64,000 bases of DNA, taken from positions 1,135 to 65,134 of the forward strand of contig JADILZ010000041.1 in NCBI GenBank assembly GCA_017695065.1. The letters are read 5' to 3'. Both the position numbers and the translations under genes were made by a program. The notes under the pieces are model-generated. The model did no database searches. It saw only the letters and a list, made by a program, of their open reading frames with translations, and was not told where the DNA came from. Of this stretch, positions 9,722 to 19,764 are shown piece by piece (positions within the stretch are counted from its first letter, which is position 1; every line of letters begins with the position of its first letter). This DNA comes from Candidatus Cryptobacteroides excrementipullorum (GTDB lineage Bacteria > Bacteroidota > Bacteroidia > Bacteroidales > UBA932).

Positions 9722-12475
9722 TCAATAATTATTGTCCCAGTAGCTGCTGCTTTTCTTGAATCTGAGCAGATCCGCCAATGCAGCCGCATTTGCTGCAATG
9801 CGGAAGCTCCAGCTTTCCCACTGTCCGTTAGGTACCCATGACACTGATATGTTGAAGCAGTGCAGGTCATACTGGGCGCTGAGCTGTGTAGTGGTCATTT
9901 TCATGGCCATTAGGTCGAATCCGGTAGTCAGGTTCAGAGACAATGCCGGAGTGAGCTTGACATTCCCTGTCACGCCAAGTGTCTGGGTGTGTCGGTGGTT
10001 GGTGATCAGCTGGTTGTTCGAATACTGGTAGTTTCTACTGTAACTATATGAATAACTGAGGTTTACTGACCATGGTGCACTTGGGTTCATATAATACACA
10101 TATCCTCCCGGTATGTATTCTCCGGTTATCGGGTGGTAGTAGATCCTCGTATAGTTGTCCGCCGGGCCGCTTCCTCCCGAGCCGTCATTCCCGTTTATCT
10201 TGCCTTCGCCTGAAAACGAGTAGGATACCGATGCGCTCGCGTTGGTGAGACGGACAGGTTTGCTCCATCCTTCAGTCTGGACGTTGAACTTGTTTATCCT
10301 CTGTCCTCTTTCATTGACTGCATACGGGTCGAATGTGGCGTTGGCGCTGATACCAACCTTTCCGAACACAGATGTGGACATAGTGAGGCCTATGTTGCTG
10401 AGTCTCATGGAGTCTGCAAGGAAGTTGTATCCGGTGGTAAGGTTGAGCTGGTCGATGAGCTTGATTTTTTTTGTACCTGCCCCGGTGGTGTCCCGCAGGT
10501 CCCTCACCTTGGCTTCGAGGTTGTTGCCGATGGAGAGGTTCATGCTGGCTGTCTTGCCTTTGCTTGGCGGTGAGTATATCTGTCCGGAGTAGATGTTATA
10601 GTCCTCGCTGTGCTGGACGCCCTCCTTGTCTGTGTAGGTGAGTGTTCTCCATCCGTTGAAATAGGTACCCTTCTCAGGGCTGAATGAGAACGACAGGCTC
10701 GGAGATACCACATGTCTGATAGCCTGCACCTTACGGTGCTTTCCAAAACTGAACATACCGTACAGTCTCGTGTTCATGGATATGCTTCCGGAATAGTTGT
10801 GTGTCGTTCCGAACGTGCTGAACTGTCCTCCTTCACGCTCTTCCACACTGTCAGTCTCCGGGTTGTAGTACCTTTCGGTCTTGTTGAAGAACCAGTTCAT
10901 CCCGTATGTTATGCTCGGGGTCACATTGATGTAGTTGAACAGTGAGAAATTCGGAAGGCCGATCTGGAAACTGTGCGTCATTCCGTTCTGGAACTTGTTC
11001 AGGAATCCCGGCTGGTTGAACTCCGATGCCTTGAAGTTGATCTTGTTCTGGAGCGTTGTGCTGTAGCCGAGGGAGAACTGCTCGTAGAACTTTTCTTTTC
11101 CTACCCTGTTCTTGCGCTTGAACGGATAGAACCTGCTCACGGAGAACGTAAGGTTAGGCAAGGTGAACGAGTATGAGCTGTCCCTCGAGTTCTGGCTGTG
11201 CAGGGCATTGATTGACAAGTTCATCTTCCCGTTCCAGTTCTTGGAGTATGATATGGATGATGATATCTGGTTCTGGAGGGCCTCGGTGACAGATGTCGAA
11301 TTGTATCTGCTGTTGGACGGGCTGGAGAAGTTCACCGAAGCGCTGAAAGTGGTTCCTGGACGTGCCTTTGAATCCTGTGAATGGCTCCATTTGACACCGA
11401 AGTTCCTGGTCTGGAAGAAGTCTGCGCTCCCTCGCTCTCCTGTCTGGTCGTTCGAGTATGTTATCGCGAGGTTACCGCTGAACTTGTAGTTGACCTTGTA
11501 TCTCGAGTTCAGGTCCACTGCCCATGACCCGAGCGTGTATATGTCGCCTGTCAGGGAAAGGTCGAAATAGTCCCCGAGCACGAAGTACATGCCCATGTCC
11601 CTCAGGTAGAAACCGCGGGATGACTCTTCTCCGAACGTCGGCATGAGCAGTCCGGTGGCCCTGTCAGGCCTTTTGGGGATGAATCCGAAAGGCAGCACAA
11701 TAGGGAAAAGGGGCACATCCTCGACTACCGGGTATGCTGGTCCGAAGACAGTCTTTTGTGACGGTTTTGTCATGACTTTCGCTGCGGTCAGGTGCAGGTA
11801 GTAATGAGGATGTTCGCAGTCGCAGACAGTATATTTGCCCTTGGTGATGTTGATGGACTGGTCCGGCATCATCTTTATGTTCTTCCCGTGCAGGATGCCT
11901 TCCTGTTCCTGGGTGACCATGTTTGTGATGACTGCCTTGCGGGTGTCGAAATTGTACCGGACCTCCTCCATCTCGTATGTCTTTCCGTTTTCCTCCATCT
12001 TCGGAAGCCCGGTAAATGTCCCGGTGGAGTCCTTTGTCCCCCTGGCGAACACTGTCTGTGTCTGGAGGTTGTACTCCATGTAATCCGCCGAGAGCTTCAT
12101 GTTTCCGTATGTGACTGTTACGTCTCCATAGTAGTAGATCATCCTTTTCCCGTCCGAGAAGTCCTCCACGATGGAGTCCCTTGCAGTGGAGAATGCCGGT
12201 CTTTCAAGCGAGCTTTTCCCCAGGAGGTCCAGCGAGTCGGCCCGTGCGACTGAATCAGCGAAGGCTATGGAGTCCCTTACTGCGCGGGCCGAGTCCGAAA
12301 TCATGCTTGTGGAGTCCCCGATAACCTGCTCTGCCGCCGGCTTTTCCCTCATTTTCTTTCGTCTCGATCTCCGGTCATCCTGGGATGAAACACTGAATGA
12401 GCTGATAATCAGGAAAAAAATAGCCCCGAATATCAGCTTCTCCATAGTTATATGCTTATTCCGCAAATTTTTCAT
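9722..12475 (-). CDS. lptD: LPS-assembly outer membrane protein LptD-like
   Basis: 917 aa with a signal peptide. An OstA-like N-terminal segment (GDVTVTYGNMKLSADYMEYNLQTQTVFARG) precedes a long beta-barrel-like region rich in Y/S/N. An alternative start is MEKLIF at 12445. Confidence 0.75.
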   Translation of the reverse strand: MKNLRNKHITMEKLIFGAIFFLIISSFSVSSQDDRRSRRKKMREKPAAEQVIGDSTSMISDSARAVRDSIAFADSVARADSLDLLGKSSLERPAFSTARDSIVEDFSDGKRMIYYYGDVTVTYGNMKLSADYMEYNLQTQTVFARGTKDSTGTFTGLPKMEENGKTYEMEEVRYNFDTRKAVITNMVTQEQEGILHGKNIKMMPDQSINITKGKYTVCDCEHPHYYLHLTAAKVMTKPSQKTVFGPAYPVVEDVPLFPIVLPFGFIPKRPDRATGLLMPTFGEESSRGFYLRDMGMYFVLGDYFDLSLTGDIYTLGSWAVDLNSRYKVNYKFSGNLAITYSNDQTGERGSADFFQTRNFGVKWSHSQDSKARPGTTFSASVNFSSPSNSRYNSTSVTEALQNQISSSISYSKNWNGKMNLSINALHSQNSRDSSYSFTLPNLTFSVSRFYPFKRKNRVGKEKFYEQFSLGYSTTLQNKINFKASEFNQPGFLNKFQNGMTHSFQIGLPNFSLFNYINVTPSITYGMNWFFNKTERYYNPETDSVEEREGGQFSTFGTTHNYSGSISMNTRLYGMFSFGKHRKVQAIRHVVSPSLSFSFSPEKGTYFNGWRTLTYTDKEGVQHSEDYNIYSGQIYSPPSKGKTASMNLSIGNNLEAKVRDLRDTTGAGTKKIKLIDQLNLTTGYNFLADSMRLSNIGLTMSTSVFGKVGISANATFDPYAVNERGQRINKFNVQTEGWSKPVRLTNASASVSYSFSGEGKINGNDGSGGSGPADNYTRIYYHPITGEYIPGGYVYYMNPSAPWSVNLSYSYSYSRNYQYSNNQLITNHRHTQTLGVTGNVKLTPALSLNLTTGFDLMAMKMTTTQLSAQYDLHCFNISVSWVPNGQWESWSFRIAANAAALADLLRFKKSSSYWDNNY

Positions 12476-12537
12476 AATTTTGCAAGATGCAAAAGTAATA
12501 CTAATTTCAAAAATTGCAAAACACAGAATCTTCTAAT

Positions 12538-13674
12538 ATGAGTCCAAAATACATTATTGCGGCGATCTGGCTCATCACCGCAGGTCTTTTCACGTTGTCC
12601 GATGCGGCAGCGCAGACAGCCGGACAGACAAAACCGAGGTTGAATACAGTGGTCATCGACCCGGGGCACGGCGGGAAAGACGCAGGCTGTGTCAGCAAAG
12701 ACGGCAGGACCTATGAAAAGAACCTTACCTTGTCCATAGCCAAGCAGCTCGGACAGAAGATCAAAGAAGAGTACCCTGAGGTCAAGGTCTATTATACTCG
12801 ATTGACAGACAGGTATATAACCCTTAATGAACGGGCTGATATAGCCAACAGGAACCATGCCGACCTTTTCATCTCCATCCACATAAACGCCAATACCAGC
12901 ACTTCTCCGAGCGGTTTCTCGGCCCATATTTTCGGACGCTCGAGCGGCAAGGACAGTGACTTGTTCAGGGGAAACATGGAACTGTGCCGGAGAGAGAATT
13001 CCGTTATCCTTCTTGAGGATGACTATTCCACCAACTATCAGGGTTTCGATCCGGAAGACCCGGAGTCATTCATTTTCTTCAATCTTATGCAGAATGCCTT
13101 TTATGAGCAAAGCCTCCTATTTGCAGGAGATGTCATAGAGTCTCTTTCCGGCGGGCCGATAGCGAAGAACAGGGGAGTGTCGCAGGATCCGTTCTTTGTG
13201 CTGTGGAAGACATCCATGCCTTCGGTACTGCTTGAGCTCGGCTTCATATCCAATGCAGCTGACCTTAAAGTGCTAAATTCTGAAAAGGGACGTTCGCAGA
13301 TAGCTTCACGGCTTTTCACGGCTTTCCGTAAATTCAAGACCAAGTACGACAGCAGCCTTGACTATTCTTCAACTTCCATCGCTCCTGCGGGGGCCGTATC
13401 CGGCAAAGAGCCTGAAGCCGCCGGGATGCACACCCTGTCTCATGGGGTGATGTACGGCATACAGATCATGGCGACAAGCCGTGACCTTCCTGAGGATGAC
13501 CGTTCGTTCAAAGGTTACAAGGCCCTTGAAGTCAAATCAGGTGACATATATAAATATATAGTGGAGGTGTCGTCGTCTGAACAGGAGCCGCGTGCCGCTC
13601 TCAAGGCAGTGGGCAGGAAGTTCCCCGGAGCGTTCCTTGTCAAGATCGAGGACGGCAAGGTATCACGGCTGTGA
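12538..13674 (+). CDS. N-acetylmuramoyl-L-alanine amidase (Amidase_3) with a C-terminal SPOR-like domain
   Basis: Has VVIDPGHGGKDAG and LFISIHINA motifs. The C-terminal YGIQIMATS...FLVKIEDGKV segment resembles a SPOR repeat. The start may instead be at 12514. Confidence 0.85.
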   Translation: MSPKYIIAAIWLITAGLFTLSDAAAQTAGQTKPRLNTVVIDPGHGGKDAGCVSKDGRTYEKNLTLSIAKQLGQKIKEEYPEVKVYYTRLTDRYITLNERADIANRNHADLFISIHINANTSTSPSGFSAHIFGRSSGKDSDLFRGNMELCRRENSVILLEDDYSTNYQGFDPEDPESFIFFNLMQNAFYEQSLLFAGDVIESLSGGPIAKNRGVSQDPFFVLWKTSMPSVLLELGFISNAADLKVLNSEKGRSQIASRLFTAFRKFKTKYDSSLDYSSTSIAPAGAVSGKEPEAAGMHTLSHGVMYGIQIMATSRDLPEDDRSFKGYKALEVKSGDIYKYIVEVSSSEQEPRAALKAVGRKFPGAFLVKIEDGKVSRL

Positions 13675-13794
13675 CTGTTCTTGCGGTTATGCCGTGAAAT
13701 CTGTCATTATATTGGAAAAAATCCAAACAACTTTTAAATTAGCATCCGATTTTAGAAGCTGTCGGGAATTTGGCCTGCGGTTTCAGTTGCTTAA

Positions 13795-14718
13795 ATGACA
13801 TTTGCTATGGGACATGGAAAAGAATACAAAATAGGGATTTTCGTACTGGCTGTGCTTCTGGTCTCTTTTTTCGTGATCAATTTTCTGAGAGGAAAGGATA
13901 TTTTCAACAGGGAGATGACCATAGTCTCGTCCTACAACGACGTTGAAGGACTTGTCCAGTCGGATCCTGTATATATAAAGGGATATAAGGCGGGAAGCGT
14001 CACATCTGTGGACTACAACACCGGGACCGGGATGTTCGACGTGTCATGCTCTGTCCTTAAGAAGTTCCGCATACCTTCGGATTCGAAGATGACCATATAC
14101 AGCAGGGACATAATGGGCGGGAAAGCTGTCCGTATAGACCTCGGATCTTCTTCGTCAGACGCCGGTGACGGGGATTTCCTCGCGCCGGCCTCACAGCCTG
14201 ACATGATCTCATCCCTTTCCTCCGGCATTCAGCCTCTTATTTCGAAAATCACCAGTACTGTGGATAACCTTGATTCCATCACAGCTTCTGTAAACAGCCT
14301 TCTCGGACAGGAAAACAGGGATAATATCAGCAAGGCAATAGCTGACCTGGAGTCCACTATGAAGGAGGCGCGCAGGATATCGTCTGTGATAGGGGGCAGG
14401 TCCGAGGAACTTGGGCTTTTCATAGACAATCTTGCGTCCGTCAGTGCCAGGCTTGATACCATTGCCGTCAAGACAGACAGGTCAATTGACGACATTGGAC
14501 AGGTGACTGCCGCTCTCAGCCGTTCTGATATCGACGGGCTGGTTTCATCTTTCCGGACATTCCTGGAAAGTCTCCAGGATCCTGACGGCACGATAGGGCG
14601 GCTCATGTCCGATGATTCCATGTACGAGTCGCTGGATTCTTTCATATCCGAGGCGGACAGTCTGCTCAGAAAGATCCAGGAAAATCCTAAAAAATATGTC
14701 AGGATATCGTTGTTCTAA
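13795..14718 (+). CDS. MlaD/MCE family protein
   Basis: A single N-terminal TM helix, then an MCE-like beta domain (VYIKGYKAGSVTSVDY) and a long helical C-terminus. Confidence 0.8.
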   Translation: MTFAMGHGKEYKIGIFVLAVLLVSFFVINFLRGKDIFNREMTIVSSYNDVEGLVQSDPVYIKGYKAGSVTSVDYNTGTGMFDVSCSVLKKFRIPSDSKMTIYSRDIMGGKAVRIDLGSSSSDAGDGDFLAPASQPDMISSLSSGIQPLISKITSTVDNLDSITASVNSLLGQENRDNISKAIADLESTMKEARRISSVIGGRSEELGLFIDNLASVSARLDTIAVKTDRSIDDIGQVTAALSRSDIDGLVSSFRTFLESLQDPDGTIGRLMSDDSMYESLDSFISEADSLLRKIQENPKKYVRISLF

Positions 14719-14989
14719 TTGAGTATTAAAATCTTCTGACTATTTTTCCAATTTGGAATTTTTAAAAATTGCTATACTTGTGATTATGCGTTAATTGTAG
14801 GTTGTATGGTTTTGTAATTCATTGATTTTTAATTATTTATAAATATACTTGGCGCCGGTTCGGATGTTTTTCGGCAAGTAAAAAAAAGATAATATACAAT
14901 AGCAACTGGAAAAAATTATTAGAAATTTTTCCTCACCTTTGTAACCGTTTTTCGATAATATCGTAACATTGACTTAACACAGAATCCGA
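14719..14989. promoter_or_regulatory. AT-rich intergenic region upstream of dnaA (dnaA promoter and possibly part of oriC)
   Basis: A 271-bp, very AT-rich non-coding stretch next to dnaA. It contains the palindrome TTCCAA-T-TTGGAA (14746-14758). No exact TTATCCACA box was seen by eye. Confidence 0.3.
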
Positions 14990-16420
14990 ATGATTACAGA
15001 GAAACATATCCTGGTGTGGAACCGCTGTCTCCAGATTATAGGGCAGATAGTGGAGCCGCAGCAGTTTTCGGTCTGGTTCAAGCCGATAAGGCCCGTTTCT
15101 CTGAAGGATTCTACGTTGACAATAGAGGTACCGACCGAGTTCTTCAGGGAGTATCTCGAGGAGTGTTTCCTCGATGTCCTGAAGAAGACCTTGAAAAGGG
15201 AGCTGGGTGCAGGAGCCAAGCTCCAGTACATGGTCAAGCCAGTCACAGTGCAGCCTGCCATGACATATCCGGCGGCTCACGGGCATCCTCCGGTCAACAA
15301 GGCCATCAATATCACAAGCGCCTATTCACAGGCGGCCAATCCAGGGCCTTTTGTCTTTCCGGGGACGGCAATGCACAGAATCCAGGTGAATCCTCAGCTG
15401 AATCCTGTGTACTGTTTCGGAAACCTTATAGAAGGTGAGTGCAACAAAATGGGCATCACTGCCGGAGAGAGCATTTCCGATGCTCCTGGCAAGACACCGT
15501 TCAACCCTCTTTTCCTCTTCGGAGGTCCAGGTCTTGGCAAGACACATCTTGCTCAGGCCATAGGTATAGCCATCAAGGAGAAATATCCTGACCTCGTGGT
15601 CCTTTATGTTCCGGCCAACAGGTTCAAGACACAGTACATGGATGCTGTCAATGTCAGGAACAAGCTTACGGACTTCCTTGCCTTTTATATGAAGATGGAT
15701 GTACTCATAGTGGATGATATCCAGGAGCTTGTGTCCCCGGGTACCCAGAATGCGTTTTTCCATATCTTCAACCATCTGCACCAGTCAGGAAAACAGCTGA
15801 TCTTCACATCGGACAGACCGCCGGTAGAGTTACAGAACTTTGAGGAGAGGCTTCTTTCAAGGCTCAAATGGGGGCTTTCGGTAGAACTTACCAGACCGGA
15901 TTTTTCCACCCGGCTTTCCATGCTGAAGGCTAGAAGCTTCAGGGAGGGTGTGTCGATAAGTGATGATGTGCTTATCTATCTCGCCACGAGGATCAAGTCC
16001 AATTTCAGGGAGCTTGAAGGTACTCTTATTTCCCTGATTGCAAACGCTACGCTCACCCATAAGGAAGTGACTGTCGCCATGGCGGAACGTGTTACGGAAA
16101 ATATTGTTGGCGAGCAGGATTCGGATATCACGATTGACAAGGTCCAGAGAGCTGTGTGCGAGTATTTCAATATTACAAGGGATGCCTTGCTCTCCAAGTC
16201 GAGGAAACGCCAGATTGTCCAGGCAAGACAGATTGCTATGTATATGAGCAGGAATCTTATCAACAACTGCTCCCTTGCAACTATCGGTGCCGAGATAGGA
16301 GGGAAGGACCATGCGACTGTGCTCCATGCATGCACTACGGTATCCGATCTGATGACCATTGACAAAGGATTCAGGCAGTACGTCACAGATATTGAAAAGA
16401 TGCTCGTGCCTGTACGATAA
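14990..16420 (+). CDS. dnaA: chromosomal replication initiator protein DnaA
   Basis: AAA+ Walker A GGPGLGKTHL, Walker B LIVDDIQ, and the domain IV signature IGGKDHATVLHA. Confidence 0.95.
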   Translation: MITEKHILVWNRCLQIIGQIVEPQQFSVWFKPIRPVSLKDSTLTIEVPTEFFREYLEECFLDVLKKTLKRELGAGAKLQYMVKPVTVQPAMTYPAAHGHPPVNKAINITSAYSQAANPGPFVFPGTAMHRIQVNPQLNPVYCFGNLIEGECNKMGITAGESISDAPGKTPFNPLFLFGGPGLGKTHLAQAIGIAIKEKYPDLVVLYVPANRFKTQYMDAVNVRNKLTDFLAFYMKMDVLIVDDIQELVSPGTQNAFFHIFNHLHQSGKQLIFTSDRPPVELQNFEERLLSRLKWGLSVELTRPDFSTRLSMLKARSFREGVSISDDVLIYLATRIKSNFRELEGTLISLIANATLTHKEVTVAMAERVTENIVGEQDSDITIDKVQRAVCEYFNITRDALLSKSRKRQIVQARQIAMYMSRNLINNCSLATIGAEIGGKDHATVLHACTTVSDLMTIDKGFRQYVTDIEKMLVPVR

Positions 16421-16432
16421 CCGCTAAATAAT

Positions 16433-17869
16433 ATGGATTCAAAAAGGGTTCTTGAGATTTTCAAGGAAATCACCCGGGTTCCGAGGGAATCCGGGCATGA
16501 AGAGTTGATCATATCTTATCTTCAGAGTTTCGCATCATCACACGGCCTGGAGTGCAGGACGGACAAGGCCGGGAATGTGCTCATCGTCAAGAAGGCGGCG
16601 GAAGGAAAGGAGAATGTGCCGGTAATAGTGCTGCAGAGCCATTCAGATATGGTCTGCGAGAAGAATTCCGGTGTCGAACACGACTTTTCAAGGGACCCTA
16701 TAAAATATGTCATCGAAGACGGCTGGATGGTGGCCAGGGATACTACCCTTGGGGCTGACTGCGGAATCGGGATGGCAGCGACTCTTGCAGCTCTTGAAGA
16801 TCCTGCCCCGACAGGACGGATTGAGGGACTTTTTACAGTGTCGGAAGAAACCGGACTTGACGGAGCAAAAGCACTGGAGCCTGATTTCATCACTGGGAAG
16901 ATATTGATAAACCTGGATTCGGAAGATGAAGGTGAGCTGTTCGTCGGATGCGCGGGAGGGATGGATACTACCGCGTATTTCAGATGCGGAACAAAAAAGT
17001 TATCAAAGGAAACAAAATTGTTGAAATTACGCATATTCAATGGATTGGGTGGTCATAGCGGGGATGATATTGACAAGGGGAGGTGTAATGCCGTACAGCA
17101 GCTTGCACGTTTTCTCTATTATGAATTGAAGACAGGTTTTGACTTGTGCAGCATTAACGGCGGCAACAAGAGGAATGCAATCGCACGCGAAGCCGAGGCT
17201 GTAATCTCTGTTTCTGATGCTGAGGCAGTTTCGAGCCGTTTCCTTTCTTTCGCGGACGATTTGAAGAGGGAATTCTCGGTGTCGGACCCTTGCGTACAGG
17301 CAGAGGCGTCGGTGCTTGAGGAGACCGTGCCGGAGGTGTTTGACAGGGATTGCGCATACAGGCTTGTGTCCGCCCTGTTTGCGGCTCCTCACGGTGTACT
17401 CGCGATGAGCATGGATATAGCGGGACTGGTGGAGACTTCCACAAACCTCGCTTCTGTAAGGACTGAGGCTCCCGGTCTTGTAAGGGTCGGGACCAGTCAG
17501 AGGTCGTCTGTCACTTCCGAACGCCATGCCGCTGCGGCTAAGGTGGAGGCCTGCCTTTCGCTGGCTGGCGCCCAGGTCAGCCACGAATCCGAGTATCCTG
17601 GCTGGAAGCCAGACCTTTCTTCCGGGCTGCTCAAGGTGTGCAGGGAGTCGTACAGGAAGCTTTTTTCGGCAGAGCCTGTCGTCCGTGCCATCCATGCGGG
17701 CCTGGAATGTGGTCTTTTCCTTGACAAGTATCCGGGTCTGGACATGATTTCTTTCGGCCCGACTCTGAAGGGTGTGCATGCCCCGGGTGAAAGACTCGAC
17801 CTGAAATCTCTCGACAAGTTCGTCGTCTTCCTCGACGATGTGCTTGCATCATACGCCGGTAATGCATAG
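16433..17869 (+). CDS. pepD: aminoacyl-histidine dipeptidase (Xaa-His dipeptidase, M20C)
   Basis: IPRESGHEE at the N-terminus, HSDMV, GADCGIGMA, and the end block ECGLF...MISFGPTLKGVHAPGERL. Confidence 0.9.
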   Translation: MDSKRVLEIFKEITRVPRESGHEELIISYLQSFASSHGLECRTDKAGNVLIVKKAAEGKENVPVIVLQSHSDMVCEKNSGVEHDFSRDPIKYVIEDGWMVARDTTLGADCGIGMAATLAALEDPAPTGRIEGLFTVSEETGLDGAKALEPDFITGKILINLDSEDEGELFVGCAGGMDTTAYFRCGTKKLSKETKLLKLRIFNGLGGHSGDDIDKGRCNAVQQLARFLYYELKTGFDLCSINGGNKRNAIAREAEAVISVSDAEAVSSRFLSFADDLKREFSVSDPCVQAEASVLEETVPEVFDRDCAYRLVSALFAAPHGVLAMSMDIAGLVETSTNLASVRTEAPGLVRVGTSQRSSVTSERHAAAAKVEACLSLAGAQVSHESEYPGWKPDLSSGLLKVCRESYRKLFSAEPVVRAIHAGLECGLFLDKYPGLDMISFGPTLKGVHAPGERLDLKSLDKFVVFLDDVLASYAGNA

Positions 17870-17895
17870 TCATCAACCTTAATCGTATATCAGCC

Positions 17896-18534
17896 ATGCC
17901 ACTTGTAGCTCCATCGATGCTTTCTGCTGACTTCCTTCATCTTGAGAAGGATGTTGAACTTGTGAACAGGTATGCGGACTTTTTCCACCTGGACATCATG
18001 GACGGGGTCTTCGTACCGAATATCTCATATGGTTTCCCTGTGGTGGAGGCTATTGCTTCCAGGGCGGAGAAACCGATGGACGCGCATCTGATGATTGTCC
18101 GTCCGGAAAAATATGTGGAGAGATTTGCTGCCACAGGTGTACGGATGCTGAGTGCCCATCTCGAGACCATGGAAGAGCCTCGCAGGGTGATGGACCTTAT
18201 CAGGTCCTTTGGTGTAAGAGCAGGTATTGCGTTCAATCCTGACATGCCCGTAGAGAAGGTTTTTCCGTATCTCCGGTACTGTGATTTCGTGCTTGTCATG
18301 TCTGTGTTCGCCGGATTCGGAGGACAGAAGTTCATAGAGGACACTTACGGGAGGATCCGTACATTGAAGGCTGAGATCCTCCGTCTGGGAGCCGAAGTGA
18401 AGATTGAGGTTGACGGCGGCGTATCCCCTTCAAATGCAAGGGCTCTGGCAGAAGCAGGCGCCGATATCCTTGTCGCTGGAAGTGCTGTTTTCAAGGCTCA
18501 GGACCCTGCAGGTGTCATCTGCTCCATGAAGTAG
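17896..18534 (+). CDS. rpe: ribulose-phosphate 3-epimerase
   Basis: APSMLSADF, HLDIMDG.FVPN, and the VDGG...AGADILVAGSAVF blocks. Confidence 0.95.
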   Translation: MPLVAPSMLSADFLHLEKDVELVNRYADFFHLDIMDGVFVPNISYGFPVVEAIASRAEKPMDAHLMIVRPEKYVERFAATGVRMLSAHLETMEEPRRVMDLIRSFGVRAGIAFNPDMPVEKVFPYLRYCDFVLVMSVFAGFGGQKFIEDTYGRIRTLKAEILRLGAEVKIEVDGGVSPSNARALAEAGADILVAGSAVFKAQDPAGVICSMK

Positions 18535-18553
18535 CTGCCTCCGGGCAGGCTTG

Positions 18554-19321
18554 TCATAATTTCCTGTTCCCGATAAGGTAGCCTATCTCCTTGAATGAGA
18601 ATTCCTTGATTTTCCCGCCTTCTGTTTCTACCATAAGGCGTGCTGTATCGGAAATCCCTCTGATTATTCCTTTGAAAACACTGCCGTCCGAGCAGTCCGT
18701 GTAGCTGTGCATCTCGTCTTTCCTGTACATTGATCCGAGATACGCTTCACGGAGAGTATGCGGGGAACGGAACGCCTCTTCAAGACGGGAGCAGATTCTG
18801 GCAACGGCTTTGAGCAGTTCATTCCCGACATCATACGCCTTTCCGGTGAGCATGGTAAGCGAGACAGGGTTCGGCAATTCGGCAGGGAAGTCTTTCTGGT
18901 TGAGATTCAGTCCGGCACCGGCGATGCAGCTTGTAATTCTCTCTCCGCTGACAGTATTTTCTATTAGTATCCCGCAGATTTTCCTGTCACCGGCATATAT
19001 GTCGTTAGGCCACTTTATCCTGGCACGGACATTTTCTTCTCCGAGATAGTCTTTTATGCCAAGGGCCACCGCTTCGCTTATGACAAATTGGCAGTTGGCC
19101 GGGAGTTCCTGTCGGAATTCAGGGCCGAACCTCATCACTATGCTGAATGTGAGGTTGCTGCCGGCCTCGCTTTTCCATGTATTGCCCCTCTGTCCACGCC
19201 CTGCGGTCTGTTCTCTGGCTGCGATTACAGACATTGCCGGCAGTCCGGAAAGCAGCCTTTTGGCCTGATTGTTCGTGGAATCTATGGAGTCGTACCATAT
19301 TATGTCTGTCATATTTTTCAT
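18554..19321 (-). CDS. birA: biotin--[acetyl-CoA-carboxylase] ligase
   Basis: QTAGRGQRGNTW signature and KWPNDIY...KICGILIE. There is no N-terminal HTH, so this is a group I enzyme. Confidence 0.85.
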   Translation of the reverse strand: MKNMTDIIWYDSIDSTNNQAKRLLSGLPAMSVIAAREQTAGRGQRGNTWKSEAGSNLTFSIVMRFGPEFRQELPANCQFVISEAVALGIKDYLGEENVRARIKWPNDIYAGDRKICGILIENTVSGERITSCIAGAGLNLNQKDFPAELPNPVSLTMLTGKAYDVGNELLKAVARICSRLEEAFRSPHTLREAYLGSMYRKDEMHSYTDCSDGSVFKGIIRGISDTARLMVETEGGKIKEFSFKEIGYLIGNRKL

Positions 19322-19377
19322 TGGTGCAGATTTTGTTTATATTTGCGACTGCAAATTTAACAGAAGAAAATTCAAAT

Positions 19378-19734
19378 ATGAACCATAACAGCGAACTTGA
19401 TGTCATAGCTGACGCAATGCTCGAAAAAAAAGGCAACAATGTCGTTGCCCTTGACCTGAAAAACATCGGGACAGCAATATCGGATTATTTTATTGTATGC
19501 AGTGCGGACTCGACTACCAATGTCATGGCGATAGCCGACAATATCGAGGACAGGATGGCGGAAAAATGCCACCGGAAGGCTTTGCGTTCCCAGGGACGTG
19601 AAAATGCACTGTGGATTATAGTTGACTATGGTGATATAGTCGTGCACGTGTTCCAGACCCAGTACAGGGAATTCTACAGGCTCGAGGATCTGTGGGCCGA
19701 TGCAGAGCGGACAGAGTATTCAGGGGAAAACTGA
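19378..19734 (+). CDS. rsfS: ribosome silencing factor RsfS
   Basis: KKGNNVVALDL...SDYFIVCSADSTTNVMAIADNIE...WIIVDYGDIVVHVF. The start was set to the ATG at 19378 inside the 19177-19734 ORF. Confidence 0.9.
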   Translation: MNHNSELDVIADAMLEKKGNNVVALDLKNIGTAISDYFIVCSADSTTNVMAIADNIEDRMAEKCHRKALRSQGRENALWIIVDYGDIVVHVFQTQYREFYRLEDLWADAERTEYSGEN

Positions 19735-19764
19735 TCCCGGGTTAAAAATCTTTTATTTCAAGGA

